Below, piece after piece: positions 12,901-27,900 of a DNA stretch of 64,000 nucleotides. Within the stretch, counting starts at the first letter, position 1. Each line of letters opens with the position of its first letter. The notes below the pieces were generated by a model that made no database searches, had not been told where the DNA came from, and was given only the letters and a program-made list of their open reading frames with translations. Made by a program: the position numbers and the translations under genes. Source of the stretch: Eledone cirrhosa (taxonomy: Eukaryota); contig CAXHJY010001472.1 in NCBI GenBank assembly GCA_964016885.1, positions 868,001 through 932,000 of the forward strand, written 5' to 3'.

Positions 12901-15900
12901 AAATTATCTCCCCTTGGACCGCTAGAAATAATCTCTCCTTGGACGGCTGGAAATTATCTCCCCTTGATTTTTTTTACAAATCTCCCCCTAATTTAAAAAA
13001 AAATTATCTCCCCTTCGCTGGCTGGAAATTATCTCCCTTTGGACGGCTGGAAATTATAGCCCCTTGTAGGGCTGGAAATTATCTCCCCTTGGACGGCTGG
13101 AAATTATCTCCCCTTGATTTTCTTTACAAATTATCTCCCCCTGACTTTTTAAAAAATGATCTCCCCTTGGACGGCTGGAAATGATCTCCCCTTGGCTGGT
13201 TGGAAATTTTCTCCCCTTGGACCGCTAGAAATTATCTCTCCTTGGACGGCTGGAAATTATCTCCCCTTGATTTTTTTACAAATTATCTCCCCCTGATTTT
13301 TTTTACAAATCTCCCAGTGATTTTTTAAAAAAATTATCTCCCCTTCGCTGGCTGGAAATTATCTCCCCTTGGACGCTGGAAATTATAGCCCCTTGGAGGG
13401 CTGGAAATTATCTTCCCTTGGACGGCTGGAAATTATCTCCCCTTGATTTTTTTTACAAATTATCTCCCCCTGATTTTTTTTTACAAATTATCTCCCCCTG
13501 ATTTTTTTTACAAATTATCTCCCCCTGATTTTTTTTAACAAATTATCTCCCCTTGGACGGCTGGAAATTATCTCCCCTTGGACGGCTGGAAATTATCTCC
13601 CCTTGGACGGCTAGAAATTACCTCTCCTTGGACAGCTGAAAATTATCTCCCCTTGGACGGCTGCAAATTATCTCCCCTTGATTTTTTTTACAAATTATCT
13701 CCCCTTGATTTTTTTTTACAAATTATCTCCCCCTGATTTTTTTTACAAATTATCTCCCCCTGATTTTTTTTTACAAATTATCTCCCCCTGATTTTTTTTA
13801 CAAAATATCTCCCCCTGATTTTTTTACAAATTATCTCCCCCTGATTTTTTTTACAATCTCCGCCTGATTTTTTAAAAAATTATCTTGCCTTGGCTGGCTG
13901 GAAATTATCTCCCCTTGGACGGCTGGAAATTATCTCCCCTTGGAAGGATGGAAATTATCTCCCCTTGGACGGCTGGAAATTATCTCCCCTTGCACGGCTG
14001 GAAATTATCTCCCCTTGGACAGCTGGAAATTATCTGCCCTTGATTTTGTTTTTACAAATTATGTTCCCCTGATTTTTTTTACAAATTATCTCCACCTGAT
14101 TTTTTAAAAAATTATCTCCCCTTGGACGGCTGGAAATTATCTCCCCTTGGTTGGAAATTATCTCCCCTTGGACGGCTAGAAATTATCTCTGTTTGGACGG
14201 CTGGAAATTATCTCCCTTTGATTTTTTTAACAAATTATCTCCCTCTGATTTTTTTTACAAATCTCCCCCTGATTTTTTTAAAAAAATTATCTCCCCTTCG
14301 CTGGCTGGAAATTATCTCCCCTTGGACACTGGAAATTATAGCCCCCTGGAGGGCTGGAAATTATCTTCCCTTGGACGGCTGGAAATTATCTCCCCTTGAT
14401 TTTTTTTACAAATTATCTCCCCCTGATTTTTTTTTTACAAATTATCTTCCCTTGGCTGGCGGGAAATTATCTCCCCTTGGACGGCTGGAAATTATCTCCC
14501 CTTGGAAGGATGGAAATTATCTCCCCTTGGACAGCTGGAAATTATCTCCCCTTGGACGGCTGAAAATTATCTCCCCTTGATTTTTTTTTTACAAATTATC
14601 TCCCCCTGATTTTTTTTTACAAATTATCTCCCCCTGATTTTTTTTTTACAAATTATCTCTCCCTGATTTTTTTTTACAAATATCTCCCCTTGGCTGGCTG
14701 GAAATTATCTCCCCTTGGACGGTTGGAAATTATCTCCCCTTGGACGGCTGGAAATTATCTCCCCTTGGACGGCTGGAAATTATCTCCTCTTGGACGGCTG
14801 GAAATTATCTCCCCTTGGACGGCTGGAAATTATCTGCCCTTGATTTTTTTTTTACAAATTATCTCCCCCTGATTTTTTTAAAAATGATCTCCCCTTGGAC
14901 GGCTGGAAATGATCTCCCCTTGGCTGGTTGGAAATTATCTCCCCTTGGACCGCTAGAAATTATCTCTCCTTGGACGGCTGGAAATTATCTCCCCTTGATT
15001 TTTTTACAAATTATCTCGTCCTGATTTTTTTTACAAATCTCCCAGTGATTTTTAAAAAAAAATTATCTCCCCTTCGCTGGCTGGAAATTATCTCACCTTG
15101 GACGCTGGAAATTATAGCCCCTTGGAGGGCTGGAAATTATCTTCACTTGGACGGCTGGAAATTACCTCCCCTTGATTTTTTTTACAAATTATCTCCCCCT
15201 GATTTTTTTTTACAAATTATCTCCCCCGGATTTTTTTTTATAAATTATCTCCCCCTGATTTTTTTTAACAAATTATCTCCGCCTGATTTTTAAAAAAAAA
15301 TTATCTCCCCTTAGACGGCTGGAAATTATCTCCCCTTGGACGGCTGGAAATTATCTCCCCTTGGACGGCTAGAAATTGGACGGCTGAAAATTATCTCCCC
15401 TTGGACGGCTGCAAATTATCTCCCCTTGATTTTTTTTACAAATTATCTCCCCCTGATTTTTTTTTACAAATTATCTCCCCCTGATTTTTTTTTACAAATT
15501 ATCTCCCCCTGATTTTTTTTTACAAATTATCTACCCCTGATTTTTTTTTACAAATTATCTCCCCCTGATTTTTTTTTACAAATTATCTCCCCCTGATTTT
15601 TTTTTTACAAATTATCTCCCCCTGATTTTTTTACAAATTATCTCCCCCTGATTTTTTTTACAATCTCCGCCTGATTTTTTAAAAAATGATCTCCCCTTGG
15701 ACGGCTGGAAATGATCTCCCCTTGGCTGGTTGGAAATTATCTCCCCTTGGACCGCTAGAAATTATCTCTCCTTGGACGGCTGGAAATTATCTCCCCTTAA
15801 TTTTTTTACAAATTATCTCCCCCTGATTTTTTTTACAAATCTCCCAGTGATTTTTAAAAAAAAATTATCTCCCCTTCGCTGGCTGGAAATTATCTCCCCT

Positions 15901-18900
15901 TGGACGCTGGAAATTATAGCCCCCTTGGAGGGCTGGAAATTATCTTCCCTTGGACGGCTGGAAATTATCTCCCCTTGATTTTTTTTACAAATTATCTCCC
16001 CCTGATTTTTTTTTACAAATTATCTCCGCCTGATTTTTAAAAAAAAATTATCTCCCCTTGGACGGCTGGAATTATCTCCCCTTGGACGGCTGGAAATTAT
16101 CTCCCCTTGGACGGCTAGAAATTACCTCTCCTTGGACGGCTGAAAATTATCTCCCCTTGGACGGCTGCAAATTATCTCCCCTTGATTTTTTTTACAAATT
16201 ATCTCCCCCTGATTTTTTTTTACAAATTATCTACCCCTGATTTTTTTTACAAATTATCTCCCCCTGATTTTTTTTTACAAATTATCTCCCCCTGATTTTT
16301 TTTTACAAATTATCTCCCCCTGATTTTTTTTACAAATTATCTCCCCCTGATTTTTTTTACAATCTCCGCCTGATTTTTTAAAAAATAATCTTCCCTTGGC
16401 TGGCGGGAAATTATCTCCCCTTGGACGGCTGGAAATTATCTCCCCTTGGAAGGATAGAAATTATCTCCCCTTGGACGGCTGGAAATTATCTCCCCTTGCA
16501 CGGCTGGAAATTATCTCCCCTTGGACAGCTGGAAATTATCTGCCCTTGATTTTGTTTTTACAAATTATCTCCCCCTGATTTTTTTTACAAATTATCTCCA
16601 CCTGATTTTTTAAAAAATTATCTCCCCTTGGACGGCTGGAAATTATCTCCCCTTGGCTGGAAATTATCTCCCCTTGGACGGCTAGAAATTATCTCTCTTT
16701 GGACGGCTGGAAATTATCTCCCTTTGATTTTTTTTACAAATTATCTCCCTCTGATTTTTTTTACAAATCTCCCCCTGATTTTTAAAAAAAAATTATCTCC
16801 CCTTCGCTGGCTGGAAATTATCTCCCCTTGGACACTGGAAATTATAGCCCCTTGGAGGGCTGGAAATTATCTTCCCTTGGACGGCTGGAAATTATCTCCC
16901 CTTGATTTTTTTTACAAATTATCTCCCCCTGATATTTTTTTTACAAATTATCTCCCCCTGATTTTTTTACAAATTATCTCCCCCTGATTTTTTTTACAAA
17001 TTATCTCCGCCTGATTTTTTTAAATATTATCTTCCCTTGGCTGGCGGGAAATTATCTCCCCTTGGACGGTTGGAAATTATCTCCCCTTGCACTGCTGGAA
17101 ATTATCTCCCCTTGGACGGCTGGAAATTATCTCCCCTTGCACGGCTGGAAATTATCATCCCCTTGGACGGCTGAAAATTATCTCCCCTTGATTTTTTTTA
17201 CAAATTATCTGCCCCTGATTTTTTTTTACAAATTATCTCCCCCTGATTTTTTTTACAAATTATCTCCGCCTGATTTTTAAAAAAAAATTATCTCCCCTTA
17301 GACGGCTGGAAATTATCTCCCCTTGGACGGCTGGAAATTATCTCCCCTTGGACGGCTAGAAATTGGACGGCTGAAAATTATCTCCCCTTGGACGGCTGCA
17401 AATTATCTCCCCTTGATTTTTTTTACAAATTATCTCCCCCTGATTTTTTTTTACAAATTATCTCCCCCTGATTTTTTTTTTACAAATTATCTCCCCCTGA
17501 TTTTTTTACAAATTATCTCCCCCTGATTTTTTTTACAAACTCCGCCTGATTTTTTAAAAAATTATCTTCCCTTGGCTGGCGGGAAATTATCTCCCCTTGG
17601 ACGGCTGGAAATTATCTCCCCTTGGCTGGAAATTATCTCCCCTTGGACACTGGAAATTATGGCCCCTTGGAGGGCTGGAAATTATCTTCCCTTGAACGGC
17701 TGGAAATTATCTCCCCTTGATTTTTTTACAAATTATCTGCCCCTGATTTTTTTTTACAAATTATCTCCCCCTGATTTTTTTTTTACAAATTATCTACCCC
17801 TGATTTTTTTTACAAATTATCTCCCCCTGATTTTTTTTTTACAAATTATCTCCCCCTGATTTTTTAAAAAATGATCTCCCCTTGGACGGCTGGAAATGAT
17901 CTCCCCTTGGCTGGTTGGAAATTATCTCCCCTTGGACCGCTAGAAATTATCTCTCCTTGGACGGCTGGAAATTATTTCCCCTTGATTTTTTTTACAAATC
18001 TCCCCCTAATTTAAAAAAAAATTATCTCCCCTTCGCTGGCTGGAAATTATCTCCCTTTGGACGGCTGGAAATTATAGCCCCTTGTAGGGCTGGAAATTAT
18101 CTCCCCTTGGACGGCTGGAAATTATCTCCCCTTGATTTTTTTTACAAATTATCTCCCCCTGATTTTTTTAAAAATGATCTCCCCTTGGACGGCTGGAAAT
18201 GATCTCCCCTTGGCTGGTTGGAAATTATCTCCCCTTGGACCGCTAGAAATTATCTCTCCTTGGATGGCTGGAAATTATCTCCCCTTGATTTTTCTACAAA
18301 TTATCTCCCCCTGATTTTTTTTACAAATCTCCCAGTGATTTTTAAAAAAAATTTTCTCCCCTTCGCTGGCTGGAAATTATCTCCCCTTGGACGCTGGAAA
18401 TTATAGCCCCTTGGAAGGCTGGAAATTATCTTCCCTTGGACGGCTGGAAATTATCTCCCCTTGATTTTTTTTACAAATTATCTCCCCCTGATTTTTTTTT
18501 TACAAATTATCTCCCCCTGATTTTTTTTAACAAATTATCTCCGCCTGATTTTTTTAAAAAAATTATCTCCCCTTGGACGGCTGGAAATTATCTCCCCTTG
18601 GACGGCTGGAAATTATCTCCCCTTGGACGGCTAGAAATTACCTCTCCTTGGACGGCTGAAAATTATCTCCCCTTGGACGGCTGCAAATTATCTCCCCTTG
18701 ATTTTTTTTACAAATTATCTCCCCTTGATTTTTTTTTATAAATTATCTCCCCCTGATTTTTTTTACAAATTATCTTCCCTTGGACGGCTGGAAATTATCT
18801 CCCCTTGGAAGGATGGAAATTATCTCCCCTTGGACGGCTGGAAATTATCTCCCCTTGCACGGCTGGAAATTATCTCCCCTTGGACAGCTGGAAATTATCT

Positions 18901-21900
18901 GCCCTTGATTTTTTTTTACAAATTATCTCCCCCTGATTTTTTTTTACAAATTATCTCCCCCTGATTTTTTTTTTACAAATTATCTCCGCCTGATTTTTTT
19001 TTTAAATTATCTCCCCTTGGACGGCTGGAAATTATCTCCCCTTGGACGGCTGGAAATTATCTTCCCTTGGACGGCTAGAAATTACCTCTCCTTGGACGGC
19101 TGAAAATTATCTCCCCTTGGACGGCTGGAAATTATCTCCCCTTGATTTTTTTACAAATTATCTGCCCCTGATTTTTTTTTACAAATTATCTCCCCCTGAT
19201 TTTTTTTTACAAATTATCTCCCCCTGATTTTTTTTTACTAATTATCTCCCCCTGATTTTTTTTTTACAAATTATCTCCCCCTGATTTTTTTACAAATTAT
19301 CTCCCCCTGATTTTTTTTACAATCTCCGCCTGATTTTTTAAAAAATTATCTTCCCTTGGCTGGCGGGAAATTATCTCCCCTTGGACGGCTGGAAATTATC
19401 TCCCCTTGGCTGGAAATTATCTCCCCTTGGACACTGGAAATTATAGCCCCTTGGAGGGCTGGAAATTATCTTCCCTTGGACGGCTGGAAATTATCTCCCC
19501 TTGATTTTTTTACAAATTATCTGCCCCTGATTTTTTTTTTACAAATTATCTCCCCCTGATTTTTTTTTACAAATTATCTACCCCTGATTTTTTTTACAAA
19601 TTATCTCCCCCTGATTTTTTTTTTACAAATTATCTCCCCCTGATTTTTTAAAAAATGATCTCCCCTTGGACTGCTGGAAATGATCTCCCCTTGGCTGGTT
19701 GGAAATTATCTCCCCTTGGACCGCTAGAAATTATCTCTCCTTGGACGGCTGGAAATTATTTCCCCTTGATTTTTTTTACAAATCTCCCCCTAATTTAAAA
19801 AAAAATTATCTCCCCTTCGCTGGCTGGAAATTATCTCCCTTTGGACGGCTGGAAATTATAGCCCCTTGTAGGGCTGGAAATTATCTCCCCTTGGACGGCT
19901 GGAAATTATCTCCCCTTGATTTTTTTTACAAATTATCTCCCCCTGATTTTTTTAAAAATGATCTCCCCTTGGACGGCTGGAAATGATCTCCCCTTGGCTG
20001 GTTGGAAATTATCTCCCCTTGGACCGCTAGAAATTATCTCTCCTTGGATGGCTGGAAATTATCTCCCCTTGATTTTTTTACAAATTATCTCCCCCTGATT
20101 TTTTTACAAATCTCCCAGTGATTTTTAAAAAAAATTTTCTCCCCTTCGCTGGCTGGAAATTATCTCCCCTTGGACGCTGGAAATTATAGCCCCTTGGAAG
20201 GCTGGAAATTATCTTCCCTTGGACGGCTGGAAATTATCTCCCCTTGATTTTTTTTTACAAATTATCTCCCCCTGATTTTTTTTTTTACAAATTATCTCCC
20301 CCTGATTTTTTTTAACAAATTATCTCCGCCTGATTTTTTTAAAAAAATTATCTCCCCTTGGACGGCTGGAAATTATCTCCCCTTGGACGGCTGGAAATTA
20401 TCTCCCCTTGGACGGCTAGAAATTACCTCTCCTTGGACGGCTGAAAATTATCTCCCCTTGGACGGCTGCAAATTATCTCCCCTTGATTTTTTTTACAAAT
20501 TATCTCCCCTTGATTTTTTTTTACAAATTATCTCCCCCTGATTTTTTTTACAAATTATCTTCCCTTGGACGGCTGGAAATTATCTCCCCTTGGAAGGATG
20601 GAAATTATCTCCCCTTGGACGGCTGGAAATTATCTCCCCTTGCACGGCTGGAAATTATCTCCCCTTGGACAGCTGGAAATTATCTGCCCTTGATTTTGTT
20701 TTTACAAATTATCTCCCCCTGATTTTTTTTACAAATTATCTCCACCTGATTTTTTTAAAAATTATCTCCCCTTGGACGGCTGGAAATTATCTCCCCTTGG
20801 CTGGAAATTATCTCCCCTTGGACGGCTAGAAATTATCTCTCTTTGGACGGCTGGAAATTATCTCCCTTTGATTTTTTTAACAAATTATCTCCCTCTGATT
20901 TTTTTTACAAATCTCCCCCTGATTTTTTTAAAAAAATTATCTCCCCTTCGCTGGCTGGAAATTATCTCCCCTTGGACACTGGAAATTATAGCCCCCTGGA
21001 GGGCTGGAAATTATCTTCCCTTGGACGGCTGGAAATTATCTCCCCTTGATTTTTTTTACAAATTATCTCCCCCTGATTTTTTTTTACAAATTATCTCCCC
21101 CTGATTTTTTTTACAAATTATCTCCCCCTGATTTTTTTTTACAAATTATCTCCCCCTGATATTTTTTTTACAAATTATCTCCGCCTGATTTTTTAAAAAA
21201 AATTATCTCCCCTTGGACGGCTGGAAATTATCTCCCCTTGGACGGCTGGAAATTATCTCCCCTTGGACGGCTAGAAATTACCTCTCCTTGGACGGCTGAA
21301 AATTATCTCCCCTTGGACGGCTGCAAATTATCTCCCCTTGATTTTTTTTACAAATTATCTCCCCCTGATTTTTTTTTTACAAATTATCTCCCCCTGATTT
21401 TTTTTTTACAAATCTCCGCCTGATTTTTAAAAAAAATTATCTCCCCTTGGACGGCTGGAAATTATCTCCCCTTGGACGGCTGGAAATTATCTTCCCTTGG
21501 ACGGCTAGAAATTACCTCTCCTTGGACGGCTGAAAATTATCTCCCCTTGGACGGCTGGAAATTATCTCCCCTTGATTTTTTTACAAATTATCTGCCCCTG
21601 ATTTTTTTTTTACAAATTATCTCCCCCTGATTTTTTTAAAAATGATCTCCCCTTGGACGGCTGGAAATGATCTCCCCTTGGCTGGTTGGAAATTATCTCC
21701 CCTTGGACCGCTAGAAATAATCTCTCCTTGGACGGCTGGAAATTATCTCCCCTTGATTTTTTTTACAAATCTCCCCCTAATTTAAAAAAAAATTATCTCC
21801 CCTTCGCTGGCTGGAAATTATCTCCCTTTGGACGGCTGGAAATTATAGCCCCTTGTAGGGCTGGAAATTATCTCCCCTTGGACGGCTGGAAATTATCTCC

Positions 21901-24900
21901 CCTTGATTTTCTTTACAAATTATCTCCCCCTGACTTTTTAAAAAATGATCTCCCCTTGGACGGCTGGAAATGATCTCCCCTTGGCTGGTTGGAAATTTTC
22001 TCCCCTTGGACCGCTAGAAATTATCTCTCCTTGGACGGCTGGAAATTATCTCCCCTTGATTTTTTTACAAATTATCTCCCCCTGATTTTTTTACAAATCT
22101 CCCAGTGATTTTTTAAAAAAATTATCTCCCCTTCGCTGGCTGGAAATTATCTCCCCTTGGACGCTGGAAATTATAGCCCCTTGGAGGGCTGGAAATTATC
22201 TTCCCTTGGACGGCTGGAAATTATCTCCCCTTGATTTTTTTTACAAATTATCTCCCCCTGATTTTTTTTTACAAATTATCTCCCCCTGATTTTTTTTACA
22301 AATTATCTCCCCCTGATTTTTTTTAACAAATTATCTCCCCTTGGACGGCTGGAAATTATCTCCCCTTGGACGGCTGGAAATTATCTCCCCTTGGACGGCT
22401 AGAAATTACCTCTCCTTGGACAGCTGAAAATTATCTCCCCTTGGACGGCTGCAAATTATCTCCCCTTGATTTTTTTTACAAATTATCTCCCCTTGATTTT
22501 TTTTTACAAATTATCTCCCCCTGATTTTTTTTACAAATTATCTCCCCCTGATTTTTTTTTACAAATTATCTCCCCCTGATTTTTTTTACAAAATATCTCC
22601 CCCTGATTTTTTTACAAATTATCTCCCCCTGATTTTTTTTACAATCTCCGCCTGATTTTTTTAAAAATTATCTTGCCTTGGCTGGCTGGAAATTATCTCC
22701 CCTTGGACGGCTGGAAATTATCTCCCCTTGGAAGGATGGAAATTATCTCCCCTTGGACGGCTGGAAATTATCTCCCCTTGCACGGCTGGAAATTATCTCC
22801 CCTTGGACAGCTGGAAATTATCTGCCCTTGATTTTGTTTTTACAAATTATGTTCCCCTGATTTTTTTTACAAATTATCTCCACCTGATTTTTTAAAAAAT
22901 TATCTCCCCTTGGACGGCTGGAAATTATCTCCCCTTGGTTGGAAATTATCTACCCTTGGACGGCTAGAAATTATCTCTGTTTGGACGGCTGGAAATTATC
23001 TCCCTTTGATTTTTTTAACAAATTATCTCCCTCTGATTTTTTTTACAAATCTCCCCCTGATTTTTTTAAAAAAATTATCTCCCCTTCGCTGGCTGGAAAT
23101 TATCTCCCCTTGGACACTGGAAATTATAGCCCCCTGGAGGGCTGGAAATTATCTTCCCTTGGACGGCTGGAAATTATCTCCCCTTGATTTTTTTTACAAA
23201 TTATCTCCCCCTGATTTTTTTTTTACAAATTATCTCCCCCTGATTTTTTTTACAAATTATCTCCCCCTGATTTTTTTACAAATTATCTCCGCCTGATTTT
23301 TTTAAAAATTATCTTCCCTTGGCTGGCGGGAAATTATCTCCCCTTGGACGGCTGGAAATTATCTCCCCTTGGAAGGATGGAAATTATCTCCCCTTGGACA
23401 GCTGGAAATTATCTCCCCTTGGACGGCTGAAAATTATCTCCCCTTGATTTTTTTTTTACAAATTATCTCCCCCTGATTTTTTTTTACAAATTATCTCCCC
23501 CTGATTTTTTTTTTACAAATTATCTCTCCCTGATTTTTTTTTACAAATATCTCCCCTTGGCTGGCTGGAAATTATCTCCCCTTGGACGGTTGGAAATTAT
23601 CTCCCCTTGGACGGCTGGAAATTATCTCCCCTTGGACGGCTGGAAATTATCTCCTCTTGGACGGCTGGAAATTATCTCCCCTTGGACGGCTGGAAATTAT
23701 CTGCCCTTGATTTTTTTTTACAAATTATCTCCCCCTGATTTTTTTAAAAATGATCTCCCCTTGGACGGCTGGAAATGATCTCCCCTTGGCTGGTTGGAAA
23801 TTATCTCCCCTTGGACCGCTAGAAATTATCTCTCCTTGGACGGCTGGAAATTATCTCCCCTTGATTTTTTTACAAATTATCTCGTCCTGATTTTTTTTAC
23901 AAATCTCCCAGTGATTTTTAAAAAAAAATTATCTCCCCTTCGCTGGCTGGAAATTATCTCACCTTGGACGCTGGAAATTATAGCCCCTTGGAGGGCTGGA
24001 AATTATCTTCACTTGGACGGCTGGAAATTACCTCCCCTTGATTTTTTTTACAAATTATCTCCCCCTGATTTTTTTTTACAAATTATCTCCCCCGGATTTT
24101 TTTTTATAAATTATCTCCCCCTGATTTTTTTTAACAAATTATCTCCGCCTGATTTTTAAAAAAAAATTATCTCCCCTTAGACGGCTGGAAATTATCTCCC
24201 CTTGGACGGCTGGAAATTATCTCCCCTTGGACGGCTAGAAATTGGACGGCTGAAAATTATCTCCCCTTGGACGGCTGCAAATTATCTCCCCTTGATTTTT
24301 TTTACAAATTATCTCCCCTTGATTTTTTTTTACAAATTATCTCCCCCTGATTTTTTTTTACAAATTATCTCCCCCTGATTTTTTTTTACAAATTATCTAC
24401 CCCTGATTTTTTTTTACAAATTATCTCCCCCTGATTTTTTTTTACAAATTATCTCCCCCTGATTTTTTTTTTACAAATTATCTCCCCCTGATTTTTTTAC
24501 AAATTATCTCCCCCTGATTTTTTTTACAATCTCCGCCTGATTTTTTAAAAAATGATCTCCCCTTGGACGGCTGGAAATGATCTCCCCTTGGCTGGTTGGA
24601 AATTATCTCCCCTTGGACCGCTAGAAATTATCTCTCCTTGGACGGCTGGAAATTATCTCCCCTTAATTTTTTTACAAATTATCTCCCCCTGATTTTTTTT
24701 ACAAATCTCCCAGTGATTTTTAAAAAAAAATTATCTCCCCTTCGCTGGCTGGAAATTATCTCCCCTTGGACGCTGGAAATTATAGCCCCCTTGGAGGGCT
24801 GGAAATTATCTTCCCTTGGACGGCTGGAAATTATCTCCCCTTGATTTTTTTTACAAATTATCTCCCCCTGATTTTTTTTTACAAATTATCTCCGCCTGAT

Positions 24901-27900
24901 TTTTAAAAAAAAATTATCTCCCCTTGGACGGCTGGAATTATCTCCCCTTGGACGGCTGGAAATTATCTCCCCTTGGACGGCTAGAAATTACCTCTCCTTG
25001 GACGGCTGAAAATTATCTCCCCTTGGACGGCTGCAAATTATCTCCCCTTGATTTTTTTTACAAATTATCTCCCCCTGATTTTTTTTTACAAATTATCTAC
25101 CCCTGATTTTTTTTACAAATTATCTCCCCCTGATTTTTTTTTACAAATTATCTCCCCCTGATTTTTTTTTACAAATTATCTCCCCCTGATTTTTTTACAA
25201 ATTATCTCCCCCTGATTTTTTTTACAATCTCCGCCTGATTTTTTAAAAAATAATCTTCCCTTGGCTGGCGGGAAATTATCTCCCCTTGGACGGCTGGAAA
25301 TTATCTCCCCTTGGAAGGATAGAAATTATCTCCCCTTGGACGGCTGGAAATTATCTCCCCTTGCACGGCTGGAAATTATCTCCCCTTGGACAGCTGGAAA
25401 TTATCTGCCCTTGATTTTGTTTTTACAAATTATCTCCCCCTGATTTTTTTTACAAATTATCTCCACCTGATTTTTAAAAAAATTATCTCCCCTTCGCTGG
25501 CTGGAAATTATCTCCCCTTGGACACTGGAAATTATAGCCCCTTGGAGGGCTGGAAATTATCTTCCCTTGGACGGCTGGAAATTATCTCCCCTTGATTTTT
25601 TTTACAAATTATCTCCCCCTGATATTTTTTTTACAAATTATCTCCCCCTGATTTTTTTACAAATTATTTCCCCCTGATTTTTTTTACAAATTATCTCCGC
25701 CTGATTTTTTTAAATATTATCTTCCCTTGGCTGGCGGGAAATTATCTCCCCTTGGACGGTTGGAAATTATCTCCCCTTGCACTGCTGGAAATTATCTCCC
25801 CTTGGACGGCTGGAAATTATCTCCCCTTGCACGGCTGGAAATTATCATCCCCTTGGACGGCTGAAAATTATCTCCCCTTGATTTTTTTTACAAATTATCT
25901 GCCCCTGATTTTTTTTTACAAATTATCTCCCCCTGATTTTTTTTACAAATTATCTCCGCCTGATTTTTAAAAAAAAATTATCTCCCCTTAGACGGCTGGA
26001 AATTATCTCCCCTTGGACGGCTGGAAATTATCTCCCCTTGGACGGCTAGAAATTGGACGGCTGAAAATTATCTCCCCTTGGACGGCTGCAAATTATCTCC
26101 CCTTGATTTTTTTTACAAATTATCTCCCCCTGATTTTTTTTTACAAATTATCTCCCCCTGATTTTTTTTTTACAAATTATCTCCCCCTGATTTTTTTACA
26201 AATTATCTCCCCCTGATTTTTTTTACAATCTCCGCCTGATTTTTTAAAAAATTATCTTCCCTTGGCTGGCGGGAAATTATCTCCCCTTGGACGGCTGGAA
26301 ATTATCTCCCCTTGGCTGGAAATTATCTCCCCTTGGACACTGGAAATTATGGCCCCTTGGAGGGCTGGAAATTATCTTCCCTTGAACGGCTGGAAATTAT
26401 CTCCCCTTGATTTTTTTACAAATTATCTGCCCCTGATTTTTTTTTACAAATTATCTCCCCCTGATTTTTTTTTTACAAATTATCTACCCCTGATTTTTTT
26501 TACAAATTATCTCCCCCTGATTTTTTTTTTACAAATTATCTCCCCCTGATTTTTTAAAAAATGATCTCCCCTTGGACGGCTGGAAATGATCTCCCCTTGG
26601 CTGGTTGGAAATTATCTCCCCTTGGACCGCTAGAAATTATCTCTCCTTGGACGGCTGGAAATTATTTCCCCTTGATTTTTTTTACAAATCTCCCCCTAAT
26701 TTAAAAAAAAATTATCTCCCCTTCGCTGGCTGGAAATTATCTCCCTTTGGACGGCTGGAAATTATAGCCCCTTGTAGGGCTGGAAATTATCTCCCCTTGG
26801 ACGGCTGGAAATTATCTCCCCTTGATTTTTTTTACAAATTATCTCCCCCTGATTTTTTTAAAAATGATCTCCCCTTGGACGGCTGGAAATGATCTCCCCT
26901 TGGCTGGTTGGAAATTATCTCCCCTTGGACCGCTAGAAATTATCTCTCCTTGGATGGCTGGAAATTATCACCCCTTGATTTTTCTACAAATTATCTCCCC
27001 CTGATTTTTTTTACAAATCTCCCAGTGATTTTAAAAAAAAATTTTCTCCCCTTCGCTGGCTGGAAATTATCTCCCCTTGGACGCTGGAAATTATAGCCCC
27101 TTGGAAGGCTGGAAATTATCTTCCCTTGGACGGCTGGAAATTATCTCCCCTTGATTTTTTTTACAAATTATCTCCCCCTGATTTTTTTTTTTACAAATTA
27201 TCTCCCCCTGATTTTTTTTAACAAATTATCTCCGCCTGATTTTTTTAAAAAAATTATCTCCCCTTGGACGGCTGGAAATTATCTCCCCTTGGACGGCTGG
27301 AAATTATCTCCCCTTGGACGGCTAGAAATTACCTCTCCTTGGACGGCTGAAAATTATCTCCCCTTGGACGGCTGCAAATTATCTCCCCTTGATTTTTTTT
27401 ACAAATTATCTCCCCTTGATTTTTTTTTATAAATTATCTCCCCCTGATTTTTTTTACAAATTATCTTCCCTTGGACGGCTGGAAATTATCTCCCCTTGGA
27501 AGGATGGAAATTATCTCCCCTTGGACGGCTGGAAATTATCTCCCCTTGCACGGCTGGAAATTATCTCCCCTTGGACAGCTGGAAATTATCTGCCCTTGAT
27601 TTTTTTTTACAAATTATCTCCCCCTGATTTTTTTTTACAAATTATCTCCCCCTGATTTTTTTTTTACAAATTATCTCCGCCTGATTTTTTTTTTAAATTA
27701 TCTCCCCTTGGACGGCTGGAAATTATCTCCCCTTGGACGGCTGGAAATTATCTTCCCTTGGACGGCTAGAAATTACCTCTCCTTGGACGGCTGAAAATTA
27801 TCTCCCCTTGGACGGCTGGAAATTATCTCCCCTTGATTTTTTTACAAATTATCTGCCCCTGATTTTTTTTTACAAATTATCTCCCCCTGATTTTTTTTTA

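Noticed and set aside
6050-14860. Single-base poly-T length differences between HOR copies (e.g. T9 at ~6057 vs T10 at ~14844) as an information-bearing code
   Set aside because: They cannot be distinguished from replication slippage or homopolymer sequencing error without raw reads.
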